NCBI GenBank assembly: GCA_044353855.1
Contig: JBILBF010000001.1
Span: 422,071 to 486,070, forward strand
Length of the DNA: 64,000 bases
Source: Bacteroidia bacterium
GTDB lineage: Bacteria > Bacteroidota > Bacteroidia > UKL13-3
Direction: 5' to 3'
Positions 40,328 to 50,270 of the stretch are shown here, one piece after another. The stretch's first letter is position 1. The number at the start of each line of letters is the position of its first letter. The notes under the pieces were generated by a model that was given only the letters and a program-made list of their open reading frames with translations, had not been told where the DNA came from and ran no database searches. Made by a program: the position numbers and the translations under genes.

Positions 40328-41678
40328 CTGTTTTCTTCTCTTTTACTGAGGGCGTATTTGACGAATAATAATCAGGTGGAAATCCATTTATTTGACGCCA
40401 CAGTTCATACCAAACAAATACTTCGTTTAACAGGGTCATTGTGTTTGCCCCTGCCCCTAATCTAATTTCTTTTGGCCATTTCGGATAATTTTTATCATGA
40501 GCTACTAACACTCTATATTTACCATTTAAACTAATAAAATTATCAATAGCAACAATTTCACCTCCGAAAGTTCCATAGGAAATGCCTGGCCAGCCTGAAA
40601 AAACGACTGATGGCCAACCATCAAATTGAATTTGAACATGCTGGTGTTTTTTTAACAATGGAATATCCATTGGGTTAACATACATTTCAACAGCTAGTTC
40701 ATATTCTGATGGCATAATACTAATGATTTCTTCACCTTCTTTAATTGTTTCACCAATTCCAGATTGAATAGCTTGTGTAATATAGCCATCTTGAGGTGCA
40801 AGAACATAATACATACCTGAACGCAAGCTGTAATTAACTACTTGATTTTGCAATTTAGACACTATTGCCTCTGCATCATACATATTTGATAGTGTTGCAA
40901 ATTTTTCAGATTCAGCTTTAGCAATTTTATCTTTATAATCTGCATTGATACTAAATAACTCAATTTGTGCATTGATAACTTCGTTTTTGCTGCTGATAAA
41001 ATGATTCTCTTGTGCTATCGCTTTTACTTGGGTTTCTTGTAATTTTAATTTGCGTGTTTCCAATTCAGTCAACGATTTTAGTCCTCCCTTATACAATTCC
41101 TCCATTCGAATCAATTGCTCTTTAGCAATTTTATTGTTTAACAAAGCACCAGCCAATTCAACACTATCACTTTGTACCTTTAACCTAGCTTGGATGAGTT
41201 TATTTTGTGCCTGTTCAAATTTTAGCTTTCGAGAACGTATCATTGCATCAATTTGAACATCATTTGCCTGCACTTTTTCCATATACGACTTAACAGAAAA
41301 CTCTTTTGATTTAAGTTGTTGTTCGGTGTTTTGAACAAGGTTTGGATCTAAATAAGCTTCTTTTGTTTCACTTATATATAAAATAGTATCTCCTCTTTTT
41401 ACAAATTGTCCCTCTTGTACATACCATTTTTCAATTCTACCAGCAATAATAGAATGTATGGATTGTGGACGTTGGTTTGGCTTTAAGGCATTTACTTTTG
41501 CCATTGAACGGATGTTCTGTGTCCAGGGTAAAAAAAGAATAACTAAAAATATTCCTCCCACAGCATAGAGCATTTTAATAAGCTTCTTATTAATTGTTCG
41601 AGTAGAAATAAGCTTGAAAGAATTTAACTGTTCACTTCTTGATTTTTCTACTACTTTATTTTGTGTAATGTTTAGCAT
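40311..41678 (-). CDS. HlyD-family secretion/efflux adaptor
   Basis: N-terminal TM, IAGRIEKWYVQEGQFVKRGD, long coiled coil, APQDG. Confidence 0.9.
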   Translation of the reverse strand: MLNITQNKVVEKSRSEQLNSFKLISTRTINKKLIKMLYAVGGIFLVILFLPWTQNIRSMAKVNALKPNQRPQSIHSIIAGRIEKWYVQEGQFVKRGDTILYISETKEAYLDPNLVQNTEQQLKSKEFSVKSYMEKVQANDVQIDAMIRSRKLKFEQAQNKLIQARLKVQSDSVELAGALLNNKIAKEQLIRMEELYKGGLKSLTELETRKLKLQETQVKAIAQENHFISSKNEVINAQIELFSINADYKDKIAKAESEKFATLSNMYDAEAIVSKLQNQVVNYSLRSGMYYVLAPQDGYITQAIQSGIGETIKEGEEIISIMPSEYELAVEMYVNPMDIPLLKKHQHVQIQFDGWPSVVFSGWPGISYGTFGGEIVAIDNFISLNGKYRVLVAHDKNYPKWPKEIRLGAGANTMTLLNEVFVWYELWRQINGFPPDYYSSNTPSVKEKKTDESKN

Positions 41679-41692
41679 TTTTCTAACTGAAT

Positions 41693-43348
41693 TTAATTCA
41701 AAATGATTCCATCATTCATGCAAAGTATAACATCCGAATGTTGTTGTAAATAACTATTATTAGAGATACAGATTAATGTCCAGCCATTTGTTTTATTTGT
41801 TATTGTATCGATGATTTTGTTACGAGTTTGTTCTTCAATAAAATCTAGGTGGTTTTCCAATAGCAGTAATTTAGGTTTATTGACAATGCTTCTTGCTAAG
41901 ATTATCCGCTGTGTAATGCTTTTAGATAATTTTTGTCCTGATAAATCAATTAACGTATCCAAACCTTTTGGCGATGATTTTATATAGTCTACTAAAAACA
42001 TTTGTTCTATAGCCCATTGAACATCTTCTAAAGAAATAGATTCTCGACCCAGTGTAATGTTTTCAATTATTGTACCTTCAAAAATACTTTCTTCGGCCAA
42101 TCCGTTTCCTATAACTTTATATAGTTCAGGAATATTATAATTACCTATTGGAAAACCATTGATGCAAACGTTGCCTGATTGAGGTTGGTATAATCCACTT
42201 ATTAAATGAATCAAGGTTGATTTACCTGAGCCATTTTCACCAGTAATACAATAATTATGGTTAGCTTTAAAAAGGTAACTTGCACCATTAATAATAGGCT
42301 TTGACCTTCCAGGATAGGTAAAACGAAGGTCTTTAATATCTACTTCAATAGGATGTATAATCGCATGATTTAAGGTAGATGTTTCCGATATATCTTCTAG
42401 TTCTAAGTCTGTTACCTGTCCTAGTTTTTCAAGCGAAGTAAGTATATCAAAAACGTTGTCTAGGTTTATAATTATTTTTTCGGAAGAATCAATAACCAAT
42501 AAAATGATGATTTCGGCAGCAACAAATTGTCCAATATTCATTTGTTGATCAATCACCAAAAAACCACCAACCGTTAACAATCCTAATGAAACGATTACTT
42601 TAAAAATTAGCAGTAGCGAATATTGTGTTTTAAGAATTTGAAAGTGATTTTCGCGAGACCTTAAATAACCCGTAACCCGCTCATCTGTTTTTGACTCAGG
42701 TAAATATGTAATACCTGCAAGTTTAAAGGATTCTTTAGATTTTGCTAATTCCTCTAGCCATGATACTACTTTGTACTTATATTTTGATTCGTCTAAACTT
42801 GTTTGTAACCCTCTTTTCGTTGTAAACCGAATAATACTATATACTAATATGATTAAAATAACACTTAATAAAATAAAGAAAGGGTGATAAATAGATAAAA
42901 GGATCAAACCAAAAATGATTTGAAGCAAAGCCGTTGGAAACTCGATTATAATTTTTGCAAGACTTTTTTGAAGCGTTAATACATCAAAAAATCGATTCAT
43001 TAATTCAGGGGCATGATGTTTATATATTTCTTCAAACTTTATTTTAGGAATTCGATACGTAAAATCAAAAGCTGCTCTAGCAAAAATTCTTTGTTGAACA
43101 ATTTCTGTTATGCGCATTTGCATAAGTTGCATATATCCCCCCATGGCAATACCAAGTATCACAATAAATACAAGAACTATCCAAGAAGCAGAAACACTTC
43201 CTCCTTGAATTAAATTAATAATGGATTGAATGCCTAGTGGCATCGATAATGCGATTAAGCCTTTAAATAATGCATACGTGTATATTTGGTATATTTCTTT
43301 ATTATCGGGCTTAAGCATTAACCAAAAACGCTGGTACGGTGTTTTCAT
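41693..43348 (-). CDS. ABC exporter (TMD+NBD, T1SS HlyB-like, no C39 domain) with a degenerate NBD
   Basis: Multi-TM N-half, IGQFVAAE; Walker A GENGSGKST; signature LSKSI, Walker B LLLLEN, switch ISNN. Confidence 0.88.
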   Translation of the reverse strand: MKTPYQRFWLMLKPDNKEIYQIYTYALFKGLIALSMPLGIQSIINLIQGGSVSASWIVLVFIVILGIAMGGYMQLMQMRITEIVQQRIFARAAFDFTYRIPKIKFEEIYKHHAPELMNRFFDVLTLQKSLAKIIIEFPTALLQIIFGLILLSIYHPFFILLSVILIILVYSIIRFTTKRGLQTSLDESKYKYKVVSWLEELAKSKESFKLAGITYLPESKTDERVTGYLRSRENHFQILKTQYSLLLIFKVIVSLGLLTVGGFLVIDQQMNIGQFVAAEIIILLVIDSSEKIIINLDNVFDILTSLEKLGQVTDLELEDISETSTLNHAIIHPIEVDIKDLRFTYPGRSKPIINGASYLFKANHNYCITGENGSGKSTLIHLISGLYQPQSGNVCINGFPIGNYNIPELYKVIGNGLAEESIFEGTIIENITLGRESISLEDVQWAIEQMFLVDYIKSSPKGLDTLIDLSGQKLSKSITQRIILARSIVNKPKLLLLENHLDFIEEQTRNKIIDTITNKTNGWTLICISNNSYLQQHSDVILCMNDGIILN

Positions 43349-44028
43349 GTGCTACTTTTTATAGATTGTAAACCAAGGTTAGTGTAAAATTTTGTAATAT
43401 AATTAGCCGATTTTTGTTTGTTAGTTAAACTAGGTAAATGCTCGGCAAAATAAACCTGCAGATGCGCCCCTTCAATGATAGTTGTTAAAAGCATATTGGG
43501 AAAAGGATAATTGGGGTTTATTTCCTTTATTATTTCAGAGATACGCGCCACAAATTGTTTGTAATTTAAATAAGCCCCTTCTTTATTTGCTTTATCTACC
43601 TCTTTAGTTAAATAATATTTAGCGGATTCAGAAATTACAATGTGGTGTAGTTTTTTTAGGCTTATACCATCAACATTTAATGTTTCGTTAATATCGGTAG
43701 CAATTAAACTAATTGATTTTTCAAATCGAAGATCAGCAGATACAATATTGGTTGTTTCAAAAACCAAACGGTATTCCATTAGCCCCCAGTACCATGAAAT
43801 TAAATAGGACAACAATTGATTTTTACTTTTAAAATAACGATAGATAGACGCCTCAGGCGAATCGATAACGATACCCAATTTTTTAAATGTAAATTTTTCA
43901 AATCCCATCTCACCAATCATTTCTACAGCATTTAAAATGATTTTTTTTCCAAGCTTACTAGAAGAGGGCTCAATTAAATACAAGTTTTTGTTAACACTTA
44001 TAATTAATGTAGATAAAAGGTTTTTCAT
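43345..44028 (-). CDS. TetR/AcrR family regulator
   Basis: GFEKFTFKKLG...EASIYRYFKSK helix-turn-helix; overlaps the ABC start by 4 nt. Confidence 0.88.
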   Translation of the reverse strand: MKNLLSTLIISVNKNLYLIEPSSSKLGKKIILNAVEMIGEMGFEKFTFKKLGIVIDSPEASIYRYFKSKNQLLSYLISWYWGLMEYRLVFETTNIVSADLRFEKSISLIATDINETLNVDGISLKKLHHIVISESAKYYLTKEVDKANKEGAYLNYKQFVARISEIIKEINPNYPFPNMLLTTIIEGAHLQVYFAEHLPSLTNKQKSANYITKFYTNLGLQSIKSST

Positions 44029-44041
44029 TCATGTTTTATTG

Positions 44042-44078
44042 CTTGCAAATATAATAGCAATACTATTATATTTGCAAG
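44042..44078. promoter_or_regulatory. Perfect inverted repeat: candidate TetR operator containing back-to-back -7 promoter elements
   Basis: cttgcaaatataatag-caata-ctattatatttgcaag (16-5-16); TATATTTG occurs on each strand pointing at tetR and at sbtA. Confidence 0.75.
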
Positions 44079-44131
44079 TGTTATATTCATTTTTTCATAA
44101 TCTTGTTTTAAGCGTATAAATAATAAGCCCA

Positions 44132-45094
44132 ATGAATTTTAGTTTACTTGTAGAAAACCTAACCAATCCTGCATTACTCTTTTTTGTTCTAGGCATTATC
44201 GCAGTTTACTTAAAAAGCGATTTAGAAATACCACCCAATTCCTCAAAGTTTATATCTTTATATTTGCTTTTCTCTATCGGTTTTAAAGGGGGTCAGGAAT
44301 TATCTCATGAATTTTTTACTGCTGAAATAATTTGGTCGATGTTGTTTGGAGCTGCTATTGCTGCGCTCATTCCGTTGTATTCCTTTTTTATACTTAAAAC
44401 AAAACTAAATGTATACGATTCTGGAGCAATAGCTGCTGCTTATGGATCGGTAAGTGCGGTGACATTTGTAACAGCCGTATCTTATCTCGAGTCTCAGCAA
44501 ATGGGATTGCATGGACACATGGTGGCTATTATGGCTTTAATGGAATCGCCCGCAATTATTATTGGGTTGGTTCTTATTTCTATTTATAACAAAAACGAAT
44601 CTGGTACGATTAAAATCCCATCTGTTATTAAACATTCACTGACCAACGGAAGTGTTTTGTTGATTCTTGGAAGCTTGGTAATTGGCTTATTAGCTAGTAC
44701 CAAACAAGCAGAAGGAATTAGGCCTTTTACAAATGATTTATTCAAAGGGTTCTTAGCAATTTTTTTACTCGATATGGGAATTACAAGTGGTCGAAAGCTA
44801 AAGTCGTTTTTTGATTTTGGTCTATTCCCTTTTTTCTTTTCTTTGTTTATGCCATTAATAAATGGAAGTATTGTAGCGGTTTTAAGCACTTTGGTTACGG
44901 ATGATATTACAAACAGATTTATGTTTGCAGTATTGGCTGCAAGTGCATCCTATATTGCAGTGCCTGCTGCAATGAAAATTTCAGCTCCTAAAGCTGATCC
45001 GGGTTTGTTTTTACCAATGGCACTTGCAGTAACGTTTCCTATAAATATTACTGTTGGGTTTCCGTTATACTTTTTAATTGTTCAATCTTTTTAA
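44132..45094 (+). CDS. sbtA: SbtA-family sodium-dependent bicarbonate transporter
   Basis: KSDLEIP, IGFKGG, YGSVSAVTF, MESPAII, LLDMG, SASYIAVPAA, TFPINI. Confidence 0.9.
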   Translation: MNFSLLVENLTNPALLFFVLGIIAVYLKSDLEIPPNSSKFISLYLLFSIGFKGGQELSHEFFTAEIIWSMLFGAAIAALIPLYSFFILKTKLNVYDSGAIAAAYGSVSAVTFVTAVSYLESQQMGLHGHMVAIMALMESPAIIIGLVLISIYNKNESGTIKIPSVIKHSLTNGSVLLILGSLVIGLLASTKQAEGIRPFTNDLFKGFLAIFLLDMGITSGRKLKSFFDFGLFPFFFSLFMPLINGSIVAVLSTLVTDDITNRFMFAVLAASASYIAVPAAMKISAPKADPGLFLPMALAVTFPINITVGFPLYFLIVQSF

Positions 45095-45141
45095 AGATAA
45101 CCGTTAACAATATGCTGATTATAAATAGTCCTTTATATTGT

Positions 45142-47841
45142 TTAATTATCATAAGCCAAATAAGGGCTTAACCATTTTTCTACATACTCCACCGAAACTT
45201 TTTTACGTTTTGCATATTCTTCAATTTGGTCTTTGTCAATTTTTCCAACTGCAAAATATTTACTATCGGGGTTGGCAAAATAAAACCCGCTTACGGCTGC
45301 TGTTGGATACATAGCATAACTTTCGGTTAAGGTAATTCCTGTATTTGCTTCTGCATTTAATACATCAAATAGCTTACGTTTTTCGGTATGGTCGGGGCAA
45401 GCTGGGTAGCCGGGTGCCGGGCGAATACTGTTGTATTTTTCGCGGATAATTTCTTCATCCGTTAGCTGTTCATCTTTAGCAAAACCCCAATATTCTTTGC
45501 GAACCAATTCATGCATTTTTTCGGCAAAAGCTTCTGCCAACCTATCGGCAATGGCTTTTATCATAATGCTGTTATAGTCATCATGGTCTTTTTCATAAGC
45601 CTCAATTAAAGTCTCAATGCCAATGCCCGTTGTTACAGCAAATAACCCTACATAATCTTGCTTGCCACTTTCTTTTGGTGCCACAAAATCAGCTAAACAA
45701 ATATAAGGTTGATCGGCTGCTTTTTCGTTTTGTTGGCGGAGGAAATGGAATGTAGTTATGGGCGACTGATTGGAGTCGAAGTCACCGGTCATGAGTTCCA
45801 CATCATCTCCAATTGCATTGGCTTTATAAAACCCTATTACACCACGCGCTTTAAGCAGCTTTTTACTAATCACTTCATCCAGCATTTTGTTGGCATCGTC
45901 AAATAATTTTTTTGATTCAACACCAATAATTTCATCATCAAAAATGCGTGGGTACTTGCCCACCAATTCCCATGTTAAAAAGAAAGGAGTCCAATCAATA
46001 CGATTGCGCAATTCGTCTAATGGAAAATCGTCAAACACTTTTGTGCCCATAAAACTTGGCTCTATAATGTTATCAAATGTTACGTTAAATTTATGCTTAC
46101 GGGCTTTGGCTAATGACACAAAGTTTTTATCCTTTTTTCTGTTTTTGTACTCAATGCGAAACTGCTCGTAATCGGCTTTAATTGTTGTTAATGTTTTTTC
46201 GCGGTGGTCGGGACTGATTAAACTTTGTGCTACCGGTACACTTTTACTAGCATCCAATACATGCACTACTGGCCCCGAATACATAGGGTCAATTTTTACA
46301 GCAGTATGAGCTCTTGATGTGGTAGCACCGCCAATAAGCAATGGTATTTTTAATCCAAGACGCTCCATCTCTTTAGCTACATGTACCATTTCATCTAAGC
46401 TTGGAGTAATCAATCCACTTAATCCAATTACATCTACATTTTCTCTGATGGCTGTTTCCAATATTTTTTCGGCAGGCACCATTACGCCAATATCAATAAT
46501 TTCAAAATTGTTACAAGCCAAAACCACACCTACAATATTTTTACCAATATCGTGCACATCGCCTTTTACGGTTGCCATTAATATTCGGCCTTGGTTGGTG
46601 CTCATATCGCCATGTTTGCGCTTCTCTTCTTCCATATAGGGCATTAAATAAGCAACTGCTTTTTTCATAACCCTAGCACTTTTTACTACCTGCGGCAAAA
46701 ACATTTTTCCTTGTCCAAACAAGTCGCCAACAATGCTCATACCAGCCATCAGCGGGCCTTCAATTACTTGTAAGGGTTTCGGTAATTTTTGTCTTGCTTC
46801 TTCGGTATCCACCTCTATAAACTCTACAATACCTTTTATCAAAGCATGGCTCAATCTATCCTCAACACTGCCTTTGCGCCACTGTTCATCTATAATATTA
46901 ATTTTGCCTTTGCCTTTTACGGTTTCGGCAAGTTCCAATAAACGTTCGGTTGCATCCTCTCTTCTGTCCAATAATACATCTTCTACGTGTTCCAACAACT
47001 CTTTGTCTATTTGATCATAAACCTCCAACTGACTTGGATTTACAATGCCCATATCCATTCCATGTTGAATGGCGTGGTATAAAAATGCAGAGTGCATGGC
47101 TTCACGTACTTTGTCATTTCCCCTAAACGAAAACGATACATTGGAGACCCCGCCACTAATTTTAGCGCCTGGCAAATTTTCTTTAATCCATTTTGTTCCC
47201 CTAAAAAAGTCAATAGCATTTTTACGGTGTTCTTCCATGCCTGTAGCCACTGGAAAAATATTGGGATCAAAAATTATATCACCTGCAGGGAAATGAACTT
47301 TTTCGGTTAGGATACGGTAAGCACGTTCGGCAATCTCTATTCTACGTTCATAATTATCGGCTTGCCCTGTTTCATCAAATAACATTACAATTACAGCAGC
47401 TCCAAATCGCTTTACTGTAGTTGCTTGTTTTATAAATTCGGCTTCGCCACCTTTAAGCGAAATAGAATTAACAATTGATTTGCCTTGAACACATTTTAAA
47501 CCCGCTTCAATAATTTCCCATTTTGATGAATCAATCATAATTGGAATACGAGAAATATCAGGCTCGGAGGCTATTAAATGTAAAAACCTAACCATGGATT
47601 CTACGCCATCAATCATACCCTCATCCATGTTGATGTCAATAATTTGTGCACCGCCTTGTACTTGCTCGCGGGCAACATCCAAGGCTTCTTCAAAGTTTCC
47701 TTCTCTAATTAACCGCAGAAATTTTTTGGAACCTGTTACATTGGTACGCTCACCAATATTGGTAAAGTTTGCTCCTTCAAAAATCACTAAAGGCTCCAGG
47801 CCTGATAGTCGCAAAGTATAATCTTTAGCTGTTTGAGTCAT
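45142..47841 (-). CDS. metH: Cobalamin-dependent methionine synthase, pterin-binding/B12-binding/reactivation part (no Hcy-binding domain)
   Basis: [31 protein letters not shown]; begins at the pterin-binding domain. Confidence 0.95.
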   Translation of the reverse strand: MTQTAKDYTLRLSGLEPLVIFEGANFTNIGERTNVTGSKKFLRLIREGNFEEALDVAREQVQGGAQIIDINMDEGMIDGVESMVRFLHLIASEPDISRIPIMIDSSKWEIIEAGLKCVQGKSIVNSISLKGGEAEFIKQATTVKRFGAAVIVMLFDETGQADNYERRIEIAERAYRILTEKVHFPAGDIIFDPNIFPVATGMEEHRKNAIDFFRGTKWIKENLPGAKISGGVSNVSFSFRGNDKVREAMHSAFLYHAIQHGMDMGIVNPSQLEVYDQIDKELLEHVEDVLLDRREDATERLLELAETVKGKGKINIIDEQWRKGSVEDRLSHALIKGIVEFIEVDTEEARQKLPKPLQVIEGPLMAGMSIVGDLFGQGKMFLPQVVKSARVMKKAVAYLMPYMEEEKRKHGDMSTNQGRILMATVKGDVHDIGKNIVGVVLACNNFEIIDIGVMVPAEKILETAIRENVDVIGLSGLITPSLDEMVHVAKEMERLGLKIPLLIGGATTSRAHTAVKIDPMYSGPVVHVLDASKSVPVAQSLISPDHREKTLTTIKADYEQFRIEYKNRKKDKNFVSLAKARKHKFNVTFDNIIEPSFMGTKVFDDFPLDELRNRIDWTPFFLTWELVGKYPRIFDDEIIGVESKKLFDDANKMLDEVISKKLLKARGVIGFYKANAIGDDVELMTGDFDSNQSPITTFHFLRQQNEKAADQPYICLADFVAPKESGKQDYVGLFAVTTGIGIETLIEAYEKDHDDYNSIMIKAIADRLAEAFAEKMHELVRKEYWGFAKDEQLTDEEIIREKYNSIRPAPGYPACPDHTEKRKLFDVLNAEANTGITLTESYAMYPTAAVSGFYFANPDSKYFAVGKIDKDQIEEYAKRKKVSVEYVEKWLSPYLAYDN

Positions 47842-47923
47842 ATTGTTTTGTTAAAAATAAAGGGATCGCAATTTAGGTAAGTTTAACACAATTTAGAGGT
47901 ATTGGTTTTAAAGGCTATTTAGT

Positions 47924-48961
47924 TTAAAGAAATTTTGGCATTTCCCAGGATGCATGTGGGTTGTAGTATAAATAACCTGATTGAACAAACAATGGAGCAT
48001 TAATATTATTGGTATATAAATACCCCGTTCCCAAACCTTGAGGCAATTTTACAGCTTTTGTTGAACACCATTGCGCAATAGCATTTAATCCAATATTACT
48101 TTCCAATGCTGAAGTTGCCCACCAGCCAATGCTGAGTTTGTGTGCATGATCTATCCATGAATTTGCATTGGAGAATCCTCCAATTAAAGTGGGTTTTATA
48201 ATAATGTATTGAGGGTTGATAAATGTCAATAAGGCCTCTCCATCATTTGTTGGATCAACACCAATTAGCTCTTCATCGAGAGCAATAGGAATAGGCGTTT
48301 GGTAACATAATTCTTGCATCCATTCTTGCTGTTTTGCTTTTATAGGTTGCTCAATAGAATGAATATCAAAGCGAGCAAGCTCTTTTAGTTTTTCTAAAGC
48401 ATCATCTGTTGAAAAAGCACCATTAGCATCTAAACGCAATTCTATTTTAAAGGCAGAATATCTTTTTCTAAAAGACTCTAACAAGCGACACTCTTCATCA
48501 AAATCCAATGCGCCAACTTTAAATTTAATGCAATCATAACCCTGCTCGGCTTTAATTAATGCCTCTTCCAGCATTTCGTCTTTGGAGCTCATCCAAACCA
48601 AGCCATTAATTTTTATGGGTTTACCTTTTATAAAATCAGTCTCAAAAAGTTTACACGCAATATCAAATTGTAATCCAAGTTTTGCTGTTTCAAAAGCAAA
48701 TTGTAGAGCAGGGAATTCTTTTAGTTGTAATGCATCAATGGGTAAACCATCATTAATATAGGTACAACATTCTTTTATTTTTTGCTCAAAGTCGGACCTG
48801 TCATCAATACTTAATCCTTTTAATGGTGCGGCTTCTCCGTATCCAATTCGGTTTTCGTGTTGAAGGATAATGTAGTATACTTCATGTGAATACATTTCTC
48901 CTCGAGAGGTGCGTATTGGGTTTTTAAAGATGAGAGAATGTTTGGTATACTGAGCAATCAT
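47924..48961 (-). CDS. menC: o-Succinylbenzoate synthase (enolase superfamily)
   Basis: KFKVG, RLDANG, IEQP, ALDEEL, IKPTL, SALES, GLGTG. Confidence 0.85.
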   Translation of the reverse strand: MIAQYTKHSLIFKNPIRTSRGEMYSHEVYYIILQHENRIGYGEAAPLKGLSIDDRSDFEQKIKECCTYINDGLPIDALQLKEFPALQFAFETAKLGLQFDIACKLFETDFIKGKPIKINGLVWMSSKDEMLEEALIKAEQGYDCIKFKVGALDFDEECRLLESFRKRYSAFKIELRLDANGAFSTDDALEKLKELARFDIHSIEQPIKAKQQEWMQELCYQTPIPIALDEELIGVDPTNDGEALLTFINPQYIIIKPTLIGGFSNANSWIDHAHKLSIGWWATSALESNIGLNAIAQWCSTKAVKLPQGLGTGYLYTNNINAPLFVQSGYLYYNPHASWEMPKFL

Positions 48962-49184
48962 TTGAATCAAAGGTAAGTCTTGTAAAGAGATTTTAGGACT
49001 ATACCTGTATTTATTAGGTTTGGCTAATGTATAATATATTATTGTTACTTAATGAGTATTGTAATTAAGTATTTAATAGGCATTTCAATTGTCCCAAAAC
49101 GCTTCAATAAAAAAAGAAAATAATCGTATTCAATTAGAAAAAAAGACTTTTCGGTATCCTAAATCAATTAAACCAACAGTGTAT

Positions 49185-50156
49185 CTATTGTATTAATCTT
49201 GACATTGCATTAAAGGCCTCAACACCCATTATAATATGCGCAACGAACGATGTTGTAATAAACACCGACACCAACAATAATATTCCAAGTGATAGCTGTT
49301 TTAAAAACACATTGTAAGCTGGTGAAGGGTTCGTTTTTAATATCCCTAACCAAGTTTTCACAATCAAAAACATAGCAGGGAAAACCAATAACTGTATCCA
49401 ATGATAATAAACAAAATAGAGGCTAACACAAAACAAAAGCAAAGCCAATAGGATTAGAATCGAATGATATGTTCTTGCTTTGTGTAAACCAATTTTTACC
49501 GGGATAGTAAACTTACCAGAGGCGAAATCATTTTCGATATCACGAATATTATTGGTGTTTAACACAGCAGTGCTTAACAACCCTATGCTTAAAGAGGGAA
49601 AAAAAATATACCAGTTGCTGTTCCAATCAAATGCAAAATTCGAGCACAATAAAAAGGCGCCAATAACAGAAACGGGGCCAAAAAAAATGAATACAGCAAT
49701 ATCTCCTAAACCACTATAGCCATAAGCGTTTTTGCCAACGGTATATTTTAATGCAGCAACAATAGCGGCAATACCTAACAGCAAAAACAGTAAAAAACTT
49801 GTGTTAATGTTCCCTGCGGTTGCAGTATACAAAAGTGTAATGCCACTAACTAACGAAAGCACAACCAACACCATCATTGCTATGCGCATTTGCCCAACAG
49901 TAATATCACCACTTTGCAACGCACGCATATTTCCTAAGCGTTTTTCATTATCCGTACCTTTGGTAAAATCGCCATAGTCATTAGCAAAATTGGAAAGTAT
50001 TTGCAAGCAAATGGCCGTTGTTAAACATAATAATGCAACAAAACCGTTAACCCTATACAACAAACTAGCCATAGCTATTCCCAGTAAAATTGCTGAAACA
50101 GCTAATGGTAATGTTCTAAGGCGCATAGCGCTAATCCATGTTTTTAAGGTGCTCAT
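49185..50156 (-). CDS. menA: 1,4-dihydroxy-2-naphthoate prenyltransferase
   Basis: RLRTLPL, NFANDYGDF..GTD, NNIRDIEND. Confidence 0.93.
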   Translation of the reverse strand: MSTLKTWISAMRLRTLPLAVSAILLGIAMASLLYRVNGFVALLCLTTAICLQILSNFANDYGDFTKGTDNEKRLGNMRALQSGDITVGQMRIAMMVLVVLSLVSGITLLYTATAGNINTSFLLFLLLGIAAIVAALKYTVGKNAYGYSGLGDIAVFIFFGPVSVIGAFLLCSNFAFDWNSNWYIFFPSLSIGLLSTAVLNTNNIRDIENDFASGKFTIPVKIGLHKARTYHSILILLALLLFCVSLYFVYYHWIQLLVFPAMFLIVKTWLGILKTNPSPAYNVFLKQLSLGILLLVSVFITTSFVAHIIMGVEAFNAMSRLIQ

Positions 50157-50270
50157 TTTTTTTGCTATACTAGCATGGAGTTTTCAGGTTTTTGCAATAC
50201 TGTTTAAAAAGAGCGTGTATTCAATATCAAATATGAATATTATACGTGCACAATTTACAGTCAGATTTAA

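Noticed and set aside
48971-49184. AT-rich 214-nt gap between menA and menC as a possible sRNA or small ORF
   Set aside because: No stable hairpin, terminator or convincing ORF visible.
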